This document shows, piece after piece, positions 37,608 through 48,232 of a stretch of DNA of 64,000 nt. Location of the stretch: assembly GCA_965208575.1 (NCBI GenBank), contig CBDBOV010000001.1, positions 192,001 to 256,000 of the forward strand, read 5' to 3'. The notes beneath the pieces are model-generated. The model was not told where the DNA came from. It ran no database searches and saw nothing but the letters and a program-made list of their open reading frames with translations. A program made the translations under genes and the position numbers. Position 1 is the first letter of the stretch. Each line of letters begins with the position of its first letter. Source of the DNA: Spirochaetia bacterium (GTDB lineage Bacteria; Spirochaetota; Spirochaetia; SZUA-6; Bin103).

Positions 37608-38834
37608 CTACGAGGCGGCGCCGGGGGCGCGCAGATGAGCGATGATGCGGTCCGCGAAGTCGCTGGTGCCGACTTGGGTGGCGCCTTCCATGAGGCGGGC
37701 GAAGTCGTAGGTCACGCAGCGCTCGCCGATGGTGCGGGTCAGCGCACCGTCGATCAGCCGCGCCGCCTCGGTCCAGCCGAGGTACTCGAACATCATCACC
37801 CCGGACAGGATCACCGACGACGGGTTGATCACGTTCTTGCCGGCGTACTTGGGCGCCGTGCCGTGGGTGGCCTCGAACACCGCGTGGCCGGTCTTGTAGT
37901 TGATGTTGGCGCCGGGGGCGATGCCGATGCCGCCCACCTGCGCCGCGAGCGCGTCGGAGATGTAGTCGCCGTTCAGGTTCATGGTCGCCACCACGTCGAA
38001 CTCCGCCGGCCGGGTCAGCACCTGCTGCAGGAAGATGTCGGCGATGGTGTCCTTGATCAGGATCTTGCCCTCCGGCACCTCGTCGTCGATGTCGTCCCAG
38101 GTCACGGTGCGGTCTCCGTAGTGCTCGGCGGCCACGCCGTAGCCCCACTCCCGGAACGCGCCCTCGGTGAACTTCTGGATGTTGCCCTTGTGCACCAGGG
38201 TGACGCTGCGGCGGTCGTGCTCGATGGCGTAGTCGATGGCCGCGCGCACCAGCCGCTCGGTGCCGGTGCGGCTGATCGGCTTGATGCCGATGCCGGAGTC
38301 GGTGCGCACCGCCCAGCCCAGATCGTCCTTCAGGAAGCGCAGCAGCCGGGCGGCCTCGTCGCTGCCGGCGGGCACCTCGAAGCCGGCGTACACGTCCTCG
38401 GTATTCTCCCGGAACACCACCATGTCGACCAGTTCCGGGCGGCGCACCGGGGAGGGCACGCCGGGGTAGTACTTGACCGGGCGCAGGCACACGTACAGCT
38501 CCAGGCGCTGGCGCAGCGCCACGTTCAGGCTGCGGATGCCGCCGCCCACCGGCGTGGTGAGCGGACCCTTGATGCCGACCAGGTGGTCGCGGAACGCCTG
38601 CTCGGTGGCGTCCGGCAGCCAGCTCCCGGTGCGGTCGAACGCCTTCTGGCCGGCCAGCACCTCGGTCCAGGCCACGGCGCGCTCGCCGCCGTACGCCTGC
38701 TCCACGGCGGCGTCGAAGATGCGCACCGCGGCGGCCCAGATGTCGGGCCCGGTGCCGTCTCCCTCGATGAACGGTATGAGCGGCCGATCCGGCACGCTCA
38801 GCCCGGCATCGGTCATCGTGATCAGTTGTCCCAC
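37608..38834 (-). CDS. icd: NADP-dependent isocitrate dehydrogenase
   Basis: [77 protein letters not shown]; GTG start with GGAG RBS. Confidence 0.97.
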   Translation of the reverse strand: MGQLITMTDAGLSVPDRPLIPFIEGDGTGPDIWAAAVRIFDAAVEQAYGGERAVAWTEVLAGQKAFDRTGSWLPDATEQAFRDHLVGIKGPLTTPVGGGIRSLNVALRQRLELYVCLRPVKYYPGVPSPVRRPELVDMVVFRENTEDVYAGFEVPAGSDEAARLLRFLKDDLGWAVRTDSGIGIKPISRTGTERLVRAAIDYAIEHDRRSVTLVHKGNIQKFTEGAFREWGYGVAAEHYGDRTVTWDDIDDEVPEGKILIKDTIADIFLQQVLTRPAEFDVVATMNLNGDYISDALAAQVGGIGIAPGANINYKTGHAVFEATHGTAPKYAGKNVINPSSVILSGVMMFEYLGWTEAARLIDGALTRTIGERCVTYDFARLMEGATQVGTSDFADRIIAHLRAPGAAS

Positions 38835-38899
38835 GGGTACTCCAGTTTCGGTTGGCTGTGCTGCTGCCGGGCCAAAGTGCAGCCGCGCACCCCCCGGCG

Positions 38900-39310
38900 T
38901 CAACCGCGCTCGCGGGTCAGGGAGTGGGAGACCACTTCGAGTTGTGCAGGAAAGCCGGGGCCGGATGCCGGTTGCACGATGCGGCCGCGCACGGTCACCC
39001 GGCGCTGCTGCAGGTCCCAGAGCGGGTCGGCCCGCTCGCCGACCAGTTCGTACTGTTCGTCGGCGGCGGTGACGATGACCAGGGTGACAAGCGGGTCCGA
39101 GCCGGTCGCCACGATCCGCCCGGTGACGGCGATCGTCTCGTCCGCCGCGGGCGCCGCCGGCTTGGCCCCGGCCGGCCCGTTCGGCACGGGTGGCCCGTTC
39201 GGCACGGCTGCCGCTTCCGGCGCGGCGGGCCGGTCCGCGTCCGAGGCGCATGCCGCGCATGCCAGCAGCACCGCGGCGGCCAGCGCCATGGCCGCGCCGG
39301 CGCGCTTCAT
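38900..39310 (-). CDS. Small lipoprotein (OB-fold-like), partner A of the M30 peptidase
   Basis: [18 protein letters not shown]; [14 protein letters not shown]...YELVGE..L..LQ...VTVRGR. Confidence 0.8.
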   Translation of the reverse strand: MKRAGAAMALAAAVLLACAACASDADRPAAPEAAAVPNGPPVPNGPAGAKPAAPAADETIAVTGRIVATGSDPLVTLVIVTAADEQYELVGERADPLWDLQQRRVTVRGRIVQPASGPGFPAQLEVVSHSLTRERG

Positions 39311-39350
39311 CCCGCGGCGCCCGTCATTCCCCGGCGGCCCCTGGTGGCCG

Positions 39351-42180
39351 TCACTCCTTGACTACCACCGTGATACGGTTGTCCGACTCCGCGCTGACGC
39401 GCAGGCGGACGGTTCCGCTGTTGCGCCCGAGCGTGGTGTACATGTTGGAGTGCGGCGGCTGCTGACGGTCGTTGAACACCGGCAAGGGATGCAGGAACGG
39501 CCCCGGCCGGGCCACGCGGCCCGGCGCCTTGACATAGTTGTACAGGTTGATCGACCCCAGCCGGTACTCCACGCCTGCGGTAGAAGAGATCCTCCAGTTC
39601 CCGGTGTTGTACTGGTACGGGACGGGAGCTTCGGTGCTGTCCGAGAGCAGGTTGGCGGCCGCCCAGTTCGTCAGCAGTTCCAGGAACGACTCGTCGTGGC
39701 CCTGGTTGCGTACTGCCGCTTCGACCGCACCGACGCCGGCGTGAGGGCTCTGCACGATGTCGGAGAACAGCGCGGCGCCGCCGTAGTTGCGCGCCAGGTA
39801 GGCGCCGAACGCGTAGACGATCGAGTAGTTGGGAAGCGGGTAACTGCGCGGCCAACTGGTAACCTGGATGTCGTTGTACAGGTTGTAGTTCGGCAGCCGC
39901 CCTCGCCTGTTCTCCGGCTCGCCCGCGGTGGGATCGTCGTGGGCGACCGCGCGCGGGCCGTCGATCATGGCCTTGTCGGCAATCAGATCCTCCGCCACTT
40001 CCGACGCCATCTCGTTGAGCCACGATTCGCTTACCGCATCGCGCAGTGCGGACTTCTGATAGAAGTGGATCATGTGCTGGAACTCGTGAGCCAGCGTGCC
40101 GAGGGACACGGTAGGCGCGGAATCGGTCACCTCCCAGGTCTCGCCCGAGGCGAACGCCAGGATTGGCGAATCCATGAAGAACGCCAGCCGCTCAATCGAG
40201 TACTGGTAGTGGCGATGATCGGGCTGTCGCAGGTGGTTGTGTATCCGGCTGTAGTAACCGATGGTGCGAGCCCCGGTCGGATAGCCGTCATTCGCGATGT
40301 CGAACAGAAAGATGTGGATCTCGCGCGCCGCCTGCGGGGGAATCAGCATCGGATTGTCGTGCGCGCCCCATGGCGCGCCGAACACGGTGGTGACCCAGTC
40401 GACGATGTCGTTACTGTCGCCCGGCCGGAGGAACCGCTCCGTGAACGCGCTCAGCATCTCCGATGTCACGCAGTCGCCCCGGCTGCGACAGGTTCCCTCC
40501 CACTCCTGGTCCGCCACCCAGAACGCCACGCTCGTGGTGCCGTCCGTCACGACGCTCCGAACCGTCGCAGATACGTATTCCTCATCGATGAGGTCGAAGA
40601 AGCGGAGCCGGTCGCCGGTCGCCACCGCCGGCCGGGCCAGTACCGACTGACTGCGCTCCGGGTCGACCGACCCGTCCCATACCGGCGGGCCGTCGTCGAA
40701 GTTGTTGAACCGGTTGATCCATGCCAGCCGCGGGTGCAGTGCTCCCGCATCCGGCCTCGATTCGGGCGCCTCCTGCGCCGCCGCGGCCAATCCTTTGGCT
40801 TGTGCATCGCGGAGATTGAGCCATTCCACCTGGGGATCGACATGGTAGTTGCCGGCGGTGGCGATCACGTACACGTCCGCCTCCGCGCTGCCGAGGTCGA
40901 GCGTGTACAGCGTGTCGTCGAGCGTCTCGCCACCCGGGTTGAGCACGAACACCTGGTCTCCGCTGCCGCGGTAGGTGGAGGACACGGTTTCCGGTCGAGC
41001 CCCGGGCGTTGCGCCGCCAACCGTGAACTGCGTGATGACGCGTCCGGTGCCGCGGCTGCTCGTTCCGCCGGGACCGGTGAAGGTGCCGGTGAACGTGGTG
41101 ACGTGTCCATGGTTGTAGATGCGCACCACGTAGTTGGTCTCGTCAGTGTCGCACTTACTGCCCCAGTGGCTGACGCGCACCTCGTACAGGCCGGGCGGCG
41201 GAGTTCCCTGCGACCATCCGATGTGTTCGTTCCTGATGAATGCCTGGGATCCGCAAGCGGAGTCGAGGTCGAGCGTGCCCCCGCTTGCTACCTCCTCGCT
41301 ATTGTAGTAGACCTCGTCGCCGTTCGGATCCGCCACGTGCAGGTCGAGGTCTGCGTCGGTGTCCCAGGTGAGCGTGACCTCCACGTCTCCGGTGCCCACG
41401 GGTACCGGCACGATGGTATGGCACACCGACGGACCGACCGCACCGCTGCTGTCCACCGCCGACACTGCAAGGCAACCCCGCTCGAGGGCCGGGTCGAGAT
41501 CGAACCGTACCTCTCCAACGAGTCGATGCGTCGTGGCGACGTCCTGCACGTCTACTTCGTAGTAGCCGAAGCTGACTCCGTCAACCGAGATCAGCAGTTT
41601 GTCGGCGCCGGTGCCCGGTTCGAGTGTGGCGTCCAGGAGCACGGCTCCGCCGGACGTGATGACATGGTTGCCCGATACGGCGACAGCGGGTCCGCCACTC
41701 GGCTCCGGCACGTCGGCCGGCCTGAGCGTGCCGCGTCCGTTGTCGCTGGAGACCGCTGACAGGATAGACCCGATGAAGGGGAGTCGGTTGACCGTGATGG
41801 CGAATTGGATCTCGTCGGTCCGCCGGTTGGCGTCCCGGACCTGATAGGTCATCCGGTACGTGGCCGGCGGCGCGGATGCGGTCGGGGTACCGCTCAACGT
41901 GCGCTGCTTTGGATCGAAAGTCAGCCCGGGAACGTCGGGACTGAGGGAATAGATCAGGGTCCCGCTGCCGCCGGCGGCAGCGGGAAGGCGGAGAGTCTGG
42001 ATCGGCCGATCGGCGAAGTAGGTCTGATCGCGCACGTTTCCCGTGAACTTCGGAGGGTTGACCGGGGTCGCCGTCGAGCAACCGACCAGGGCAGCGGCGG
42101 TGAGCGCCGCCAGCAGGGCCGTGGCGAGGTGCCGGGATCGTCGGTGCCGGCGCGCGCGCCGCGCATATGTTTTTTTCCAT
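39351..42180 (-). CDS. Ig + YfaP/DUF2135-like + M30 (hyicolysin-like) metallopeptidase lipoprotein, copy 1; A7 frameshift right after the ATG
   Basis: Lipobox LVGC; PGLTFD...TLSGTP (He_PIG-like); LTWDTDADLDLHV.DP; LAHEFQHMIHF..WLNEMASE. ATG 42180 is out of frame by one A in the run 42170-42176; an in-frame ATG also exists at 42293. Confidence 0.85.
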
Positions 42181-42331
42181 GTCGTCGGTCCAATTATAGT
42201 CTCTCCTGCATAGCAAACAAGATGGTGACAGTAACGGAACGTCTGGCCCCGTGGCGGGCCGGTCTGCATCGGCCCCGTGTCGGCGCGCTTCATCCCATGG
42301 CGCCGGTCATTCCCCGGCGGCCCTGTGGCCG

Positions 42332-45214
42332 TCACTCCTTGACCACGACCGTGATGCGGTTCTCGGCCTCCGCGCTGACCAGCATGCGGACCGTGCCGGT
42401 GTTGCGCCCGAGCGTGGCGATCGCGTTGGAGTGCGGCGGCTGGATGCGGTCGCTGAGGCTGGTCAGGGAGTGCAGGTACGGCCCCTCCTGGGACGAGCGG
42501 CTCGCCAGGTCCGGCCCGATGCAGTCCGACACTATCTCCGGCGGGTCGTAGCGGTAGTTGTACAGGTTGATCGAGCCCAGCCGGTACTCCACGCCGCCGG
42601 CGTGCGAGGCGGTCCAGGTGCCCCGGTTGTAGCGGTACGGCGCCGCGGCCGCGGTGTTGTCCGACAGCAGGGTCGCCACCGCCCAGTCGGCGAGCAACTG
42701 TCCGAACGGGACGTCATGGCCCATCGCCCGCAGCGCCGCGTCGACCGCCGGGAAGCCGGCCTTGTCGCTCTGCACGATTGCGCTGAACAGCTCGGCGCCG
42801 CCGTAGGTGCGCGCCAGGTAGGCGCCGAAGGCGTACTTGCCGGCGTAGTCGGCGATCTTGCGGTTCCACACGGTGACCCGTTGGTCGTTGAACAGGTTGT
42901 AGTAGGGCAGGCGGCCGCGGCGGTTGCCCGGCGCGCCCGCCGTCGGGTCGTCGTAGGCGACGCCGCGCGGTCCGCGCACCATCATCTTGTCGGCGACCAG
43001 GTCCTGCGCCACCTCCGAGGCCATCTCGTTGAGCCAGATTTCGCTGACGGTGTTGCGCAGCACCGGCTTCTGGTAGAAGTGGATCATGTGCTGAAACTCG
43101 TGGGCGAGGGCGCTGATCATGCGGCTCGGCTGGGGGTCGGTGATCTCCCAGGTGGGACCATCCGGTATTGCAAACCATGGCGCGTCCATGAAGAAGGCGA
43201 GCCGCTCGGCCGTCAACTGCGGGCCGGGTTCGTCGGGGTCGCGCAGGAAGTTGTGCTTGCCCCAGAAGTACCCGCCGCGCCGGCATTCGCCCCGTTCCGG
43301 TGCGCCGTCGGCGTCGATGTCGTGCAGCAGCACGTGGATCTCGCGCGCGGCCGCCGGCGGAATCAATCTCGCACTCCCGTGCGGCCCCCACGGCTCGCCG
43401 TAGATCGCCGTCACCCAGTCGTGGATGTCGTTGTCGGCGCCGGGGCGGAGAAACCGGTCCGCCATGGCGTCGACCATCTCGGCGGTGACGCACGGCCCGG
43501 CGCCGCGGCAGCCGGCCCCCCAGTCGTCGTCGGCCACCCAGAACGCCGCCGTGCGCGAACCGTCGGTAACCACCCTGCGGGCGGTCGCCGGGATAGGGAC
43601 CAGGTTGCGGTCGTCGTCCTGGTCGTAATAGGTGAACCGGTCGCCTTCCGCCACCGGGTCGGGCCCGGCCTGCGCGTGCGCACGCCGGCTCGCGCGCGCC
43701 GACGGGGCGGGCAGCGGCGGGTTGTTGTTGAACTCGGTGATCCACTCGCGCTCGCCGAGCGACGGGATCGTTGCCGGTCGCGGCGCCGGCTGGTACTCGG
43801 CCGGCAGTTCGTCCAGCAGCCCCTTGGCGACGGCCTCGACCCGGTCGAGTCTCCGGACCTCCGGCTGCACGTCGTAGTACGCGGTGTTGGTGGCGATCAG
43901 GTACACCTCGGCCGTGGCATCGCCGAGGTCGAGCGTGTATACCGTCTTGTCGAGGGTCTCGCCGTCCGCGTTGAGGACGAACACCTGGTCGCCGTGCCCG
44001 CGGTAGGTGGAGCCGAGGCGCCTGGTGCGCGGCGGCGGGCCGTCGCCCACCTCGAACCGGGTGATCTCGCGCTCGTCGCGCGGGCCGACACGCGTCCCGG
44101 GACCGGTGAAGGTGCCGGAGAAGGTGCTGACCTGTCCGTGGTTGTACACGCTGACGACGTAGTTGGTCTGCTCCACCGTGCCGCAGTTCCACCAGTGGTC
44201 GAGGCGCACCTCCCAGAGCCCTTCCGGCGGCGTGCCGCGCGTCCACCCGATGTGCTCGTTGCGGATCCAACTGCGACGGCCGCATTCCGAGTTGAGGCGG
44301 AAAAAGCCGCCGGTGCTCGACTCGGTGTTGCCGTAGTAGACCGCCTCGCCGGTGCCGTCCACCACGGTCAGGTCCAGGTCGGCGGCCGAATCCCACGACA
44401 CGGTTACCATCACGTCCGCGAAGTCGATGGCGGCGTGCAACACCTCGTGGCACGTGACCGGACCGACCGCGCCGCCCGCGTCCACCGCGGCCACGTTCAC
44501 GCAGCCGGTTTCGATCTCGGGGTCGACGTCGAAGCGGACCTGCCCGCGCACCTGGTACGATGCCGCGGTATCCGAAAGGTCGACCTCGTAGTAGCCGAAG
44601 CGCTCGTCGCCCACCGATACGAGCAGCTTGTCGACGCTGGCGCCGGGCTCCGGCGTAACGTCGACGAACGCCGTTCCTCCGGCCATGAGAACCCGGTTGC
44701 CCGAGACGGTGACGGCAGGGCCTCCGCTCGGCTCAGGCAGATCCGCGAACTTCGCCACTCCGGTGTCGTCTCCCACCGAGACCGCGGATATGATCGACCT
44801 GACAATGGTCCGGGGTTCGACGGTGATGGCGAAGCTCAACGTGTCGGACCTGCCGTTCACGTCCCGCACCCGGTAGGTGAGGGGGTACTCGCCCTGCGCG
44901 GTGGGCGTGCCGCTGAGCGTGCGCTCGTCCGCGTCGAAGGCAAGCCCCGGCGGTATATCGGGACCGAGCGAATAGGTCAGCGTGCCGCTTCCGCCTTCGG
45001 CGAACGGCAGCACCACCGGTTTGATTTCGACATCGGCCTGGTAGGTCAGGTCGCGCACCGGGGCGGCGAACTCGGGTACGCGTACGGGCGCCGCCGTGGG
45101 GCAGCCGATCAGGGCCAGGGTGGTGAGGGCGGCCAGGAGGGCCGCGGCGACACGGCGATGACCGCGGGTGAGTGGCTGTATCGTGCCGTAACCGTATACA
45201 GGTTGTTTTATCAT
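42332..45214 (-). CDS. Ig + YfaP-like + M30 metallopeptidase lipoprotein, copy 2 (intact)
   Basis: MIKQP..LALIGC; PPGLAFDADERTLSGTP; VSWDSAADLDL; HEFQHMIHF; WLNEMASE; ends ITVVVKE. Confidence 0.9.
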   Translation of the reverse strand: MIKQPVYGYGTIQPLTRGHRRVAAALLAALTTLALIGCPTAAPVRVPEFAAPVRDLTYQADVEIKPVVLPFAEGGSGTLTYSLGPDIPPGLAFDADERTLSGTPTAQGEYPLTYRVRDVNGRSDTLSFAITVEPRTIVRSIISAVSVGDDTGVAKFADLPEPSGGPAVTVSGNRVLMAGGTAFVDVTPEPGASVDKLLVSVGDERFGYYEVDLSDTAASYQVRGQVRFDVDPEIETGCVNVAAVDAGGAVGPVTCHEVLHAAIDFADVMVTVSWDSAADLDLTVVDGTGEAVYYGNTESSTGGFFRLNSECGRRSWIRNEHIGWTRGTPPEGLWEVRLDHWWNCGTVEQTNYVVSVYNHGQVSTFSGTFTGPGTRVGPRDEREITRFEVGDGPPPRTRRLGSTYRGHGDQVFVLNADGETLDKTVYTLDLGDATAEVYLIATNTAYYDVQPEVRRLDRVEAVAKGLLDELPAEYQPAPRPATIPSLGEREWITEFNNNPPLPAPSARASRRAHAQAGPDPVAEGDRFTYYDQDDDRNLVPIPATARRVVTDGSRTAAFWVADDDWGAGCRGAGPCVTAEMVDAMADRFLRPGADNDIHDWVTAIYGEPWGPHGSARLIPPAAAREIHVLLHDIDADGAPERGECRRGGYFWGKHNFLRDPDEPGPQLTAERLAFFMDAPWFAIPDGPTWEITDPQPSRMISALAHEFQHMIHFYQKPVLRNTVSEIWLNEMASEVAQDLVADKMMVRGPRGVAYDDPTAGAPGNRRGRLPYYNLFNDQRVTVWNRKIADYAGKYAFGAYLARTYGGAELFSAIVQSDKAGFPAVDAALRAMGHDVPFGQLLADWAVATLLSDNTAAAAPYRYNRGTWTASHAGGVEYRLGSINLYNYRYDPPEIVSDCIGPDLASRSSQEGPYLHSLTSLSDRIQPPHSNAIATLGRNTGTVRMLVSAEAENRITVVVKE

Positions 45215-45309
45215 GTCGTGACTGTATAAATAACACAGTGATCTCATGTAGGGAACAGACTGAACCCGGACAGCAATCCCGCCCGTGGCGGCGCACCGGC
45301 GCGGGTCGA

Positions 45310-45490
45310 GCCTACGCCCGAGACGCGCTCGTTGCGGACGTTGTCGGACTTGTGCTCGTCGACTCTTGGGAAGCGGACGCCGCCGCTCTCGACCTTTCTG
45401 CTTGCGAAGTAGACTTCGTGGCTGGTCGGGTCGGCCACGTGCAGGTCCAGGTCGGCGTCGGTGTCCCAGGATACCGTGACCTGCACGTCG
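45310..45490 (-). pseudogene. Isolated YfaP-like domain fragment of a fourth paralog
   Basis: DVQVTVSWDTDADLDLHVADPTSHEVYFASRKVESGG...VRNE. Confidence 0.75.
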
Positions 45491-45549
45491 CTGTACTCGG
45501 TGCGGGTGGGAACGCCGAAAGCGGTAGCCGTGGACCGAAAGTGAGATGC

Positions 45550-45613
45550 ATGAGGCAGTACGGTGACTCAGTGATATGGAAGACGATGAAACCGATGCCC
45601 GAGCATCGCCGAC
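45550..45613 (+). repeat. Dispersed promoter/leader cassette, copy C (orphan)
   Basis: atgaggcagtacggtgactcagtgatatggaagacgatgaaaccgatgcccgagcatcgcc. Confidence 0.85.
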
Positions 45614-45882
45614 CCACAGGAATTTCGGACCAGACAGCGTGCCGTCCCGGCAGATCGTGAGCACGGAAAAAATCGCGAAAAAACTGCGCGCACCCCTTGA
45701 CGCGATTTTCGGGGCTCATGGTGGCTCGCTACGGCCCGCGGCGGTCCCTCCGACTGCCCCGGAACGACTTGGCCTCCGTTGCCGCGACAGCGCCCCGTGG
45801 CGCGGCCTTCCAGGCGCCGTTTCGGCGCAGTCCAGGGCTCGGAAAAATATGTTATTTCCAATCCCATGTTATACTTATGAGT

Positions 45883-47457
45883 ATGAGTGAGTCGTCTTCG
45901 CCCACCCCCTGGTCCACCGTCGCCGCGCTGCCCGACTACCTCCTGCTGGCGCAGACCCGGCAGCTCGCCCGCCACGAACAGGCGCTGCAGATCCTGGTGC
46001 TCGACCACCTGCGCGAGATCGAGGCGCGCAGTCTCCACCTGACCCGCGGGTATGGCAGTCTGTTCGACTACGTGGTGCACGAACTGGGCTACACCGCGGC
46101 CGCCGCTTGGCGGCGCATCAAGGCGATGCGGCTGTGCACCGGGACCGGCGCTGCGCGTGAGCTGCTGCAGGACGGCTCGCTGAACCTGAGCAACGCGGCG
46201 CAACTGCAGAACCTGTTCGAGCGCAACGACCGCAGCCGGGGCCGCCCGCCGGTAAGTACCGGAGCAGGTGGCGCCGTGGGCGGTGCGCCACCGAGTGACG
46301 GCGCACCGGGCGAGCCGGGACCGGCGGCGCCGGCGCGCGGCGGCGAGCACGATCCGGCGCCACCGGCAGCCGGGCCGGTGCTGGACGCGGCGGCGCGGGA
46401 GAAGCTGGTCCGGCAGGCGGCGGGCAAGAGCACGCGCGAAGTGCAGCAGATGCTGGCCGAGGTGGACCCGGAGTTGGCGCAGCCGAGCGACCGGATGCGT
46501 GCGCTCGGAGGCGGGCGCTGGGAGTTGAAGGCGGCGGTCGACGCGGAGTGCCGGCATGGGCTGGAGAAGCTGCTGATGCTGCTGTCGCACACGGATCCGC
46601 ACCTGACGCTGGGCGGGCTGGTGGCGCGGCTGGTGCGAGACGGCCTGGACCGCTACGACCCGGCTCGGCCACCGCGTGTGCGGCGTACGGGCGGTGGCGG
46701 CTCGGTCGACGGCGCAGGATCCGCGAGCACGCCAGCGCGGCCTGCGGAAGTCGAGCATGGCGAAACGAACTCCACGGCGGTGCGGGATATTGTCCGCTGC
46801 TCCGATTCGGCGCCAAAGGAGTCCGCGCCGGTGGGGGACAGAGAGGGGCACACCACTTCGCCAGCGAAGTGCCGATCCGAAGCCCAACCCGGGCGCAGGC
46901 CGCACGCGGTGGCACGGAACGGCACCGGTCCGGCGGTTTCGGCGGCGAAGCGGGACACGGAGGCCGAGCGCGGCGGTTCGAAGTCTGCGCCGGTGCGGGA
47001 CACGGTCCGGCGCTCGGAGTCGGCGGCGAAGCGGCTTGCGTACGCCGCCGGGCATGGCGCGGTGGGGCCGGCGGTGCGTTCGCCGGCAGTGGAGCGGCAC
47101 CTTGCCGCGTTGCGCAGCCTCGGCGCGGTGCCGGGCTCCCGGTCGCGGTACATCCCGGTAGCGGTGAAGCGGGAGGTGTGGCGCCGCGACCAGGGTTGTT
47201 GCACCTATGTCGACCGCCACAGCGGGCGGCGCTGCGGCTCCCGCTATCGGCTGGAGATCGACCACATCGTGCCGTTCGCGCTCGGCGGCGGCGCGGAGCC
47301 GCGGAATCTGACGCTCCATTGTCGAGCGCACCACAGGTTGCGCCACGCTCAGCGCCATGCTCACGCCGAGAGTGTGCCGAATGAAGCCCGGCGCGCTCCG
47401 GTCTCCGCGGTCGATCCGAACGACCACGGGCGGACCGTCGGATCGCAGGCGGTGTAA
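45883..47457 (+). CDS. HNH endonuclease with DUF222-like N-terminal region
   Basis: HLREIEARSLHL.RGYGSLFDY...LGY....AWRRI.A.RL; C-terminal SRYIP.AVKREVWRRDQG.C.Y...GRRC....LEIDHI.P.ALGG....NL.L.CRAHH. Confidence 0.88.
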   Translation: MSESSSPTPWSTVAALPDYLLLAQTRQLARHEQALQILVLDHLREIEARSLHLTRGYGSLFDYVVHELGYTAAAAWRRIKAMRLCTGTGAARELLQDGSLNLSNAAQLQNLFERNDRSRGRPPVSTGAGGAVGGAPPSDGAPGEPGPAAPARGGEHDPAPPAAGPVLDAAAREKLVRQAAGKSTREVQQMLAEVDPELAQPSDRMRALGGGRWELKAAVDAECRHGLEKLLMLLSHTDPHLTLGGLVARLVRDGLDRYDPARPPRVRRTGGGGSVDGAGSASTPARPAEVEHGETNSTAVRDIVRCSDSAPKESAPVGDREGHTTSPAKCRSEAQPGRRPHAVARNGTGPAVSAAKRDTEAERGGSKSAPVRDTVRRSESAAKRLAYAAGHGAVGPAVRSPAVERHLAALRSLGAVPGSRSRYIPVAVKREVWRRDQGCCTYVDRHSGRRCGSRYRLEIDHIVPFALGGGAEPRNLTLHCRAHHRLRHAQRHAHAESVPNEARRAPVSAVDPNDHGRTVGSQAV

Positions 47458-47635
47458 GGCCGCGCTCCATCGCGCCGCCGATCCAGTTCGCCAGTCCCCG
47501 GATGTTCGCATCCGTGCCATCGAGCGGGTAGACCATGCTGCAATGACCTGCGTACCGCTTTCCGCGTTCGCACCCCTCGGTGCGGGCGCCGCCGACCACG
47601 TGGCACTCCGGCGGGCCCACCGCACCGCCGGAACG

Positions 47636-47795
47636 GCCTGCTCTACGGCGACGTCGAAGACGCGCAACGCGACGGCCCAAATGTCGGGCCCGGCCGATCC
47701 GGCACACTCAGCCGGGCATCGGTCATCGTGATCAGTTGTCCCACGGGTACGCCAGTTTCGGTTGGCTATCTGCTGCGGGCCAAAGTGCAGCCGCG
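47636..47795 (-). pseudogene. Duplicated icd upstream region and degenerate 5' end
   Basis: Near-identical to 38695-38888 (atcagttgtcccacgggtac.ccagtttcggttggct...gggccaaagtgcagccgcgc) with a ~30-bp deletion; truncated. Confidence 0.9.
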
Positions 47796-47893
47796 CGGGC
47801 CCCCGCGTCATCCGTCACCGGTCCGCGTTCCGCCTTGGCGCCGCGGCGACGGCCGGCGCACCGCTACTGTGTGCTCCCGTGACCGGTTCGAGG

Positions 47894-48232
47894 TCAGCCG
47901 GGATTGCCGGCGAGGGTGTAGGAGTCTACCTGCAACTGGGCCGGCAACAGCGGTCTGTGTCCCTGCCGCACCACGCGCCCGCGTACCGTGACGTTGAATG
48001 GTTGCAGACGCTGCAGCTCGTCGGCGAGTTCGCCGACGAGCTCGTAGCGCTCCGATTCGGTGACGAGCACCAGCATCGTGAACGGCTCCGAGCCGGTCAC
48101 CACCACGTCGCCGCTCACCGCGATGACCTCGGCCGATTCCGGCGGTTCCGGCACGGCGGGCTGGTCCCCCGACGAGACGCACGCCAGCAGTAACCCGGCG
48201 GCCAGGGCCGCCGCCGCGCCGGCGCGCGTCAT
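47894..48232 (-). CDS. Small lipoprotein, partner B (paralog of 38900-39310)
   Basis: MTRAGAAAALAAGLLLAC; IAVSGDVVVTGSEP..YELVGE..LQRLQ..VTVRGRVV..PAQL.V.S; overlaps the peptidase stop (ATGA). Confidence 0.8.
   Translation of the reverse strand: MTRAGAAAALAAGLLLACVSSGDQPAVPEPPESAEVIAVSGDVVVTGSEPFTMLVLVTESERYELVGELADELQRLQPFNVTVRGRVVRQGHRPLLPAQLQVDSYTLAGNPG

Noticed and set aside
23938-41759. Very long antisense or overlapping ORFs (e.g. 23938-27300 minus, 34514-37645 plus, 37563-41759 plus)
   Set aside because: These are shadow ORFs expected from high-GC codon bias opposite well-supported genes, and they carry no recognisable motifs.
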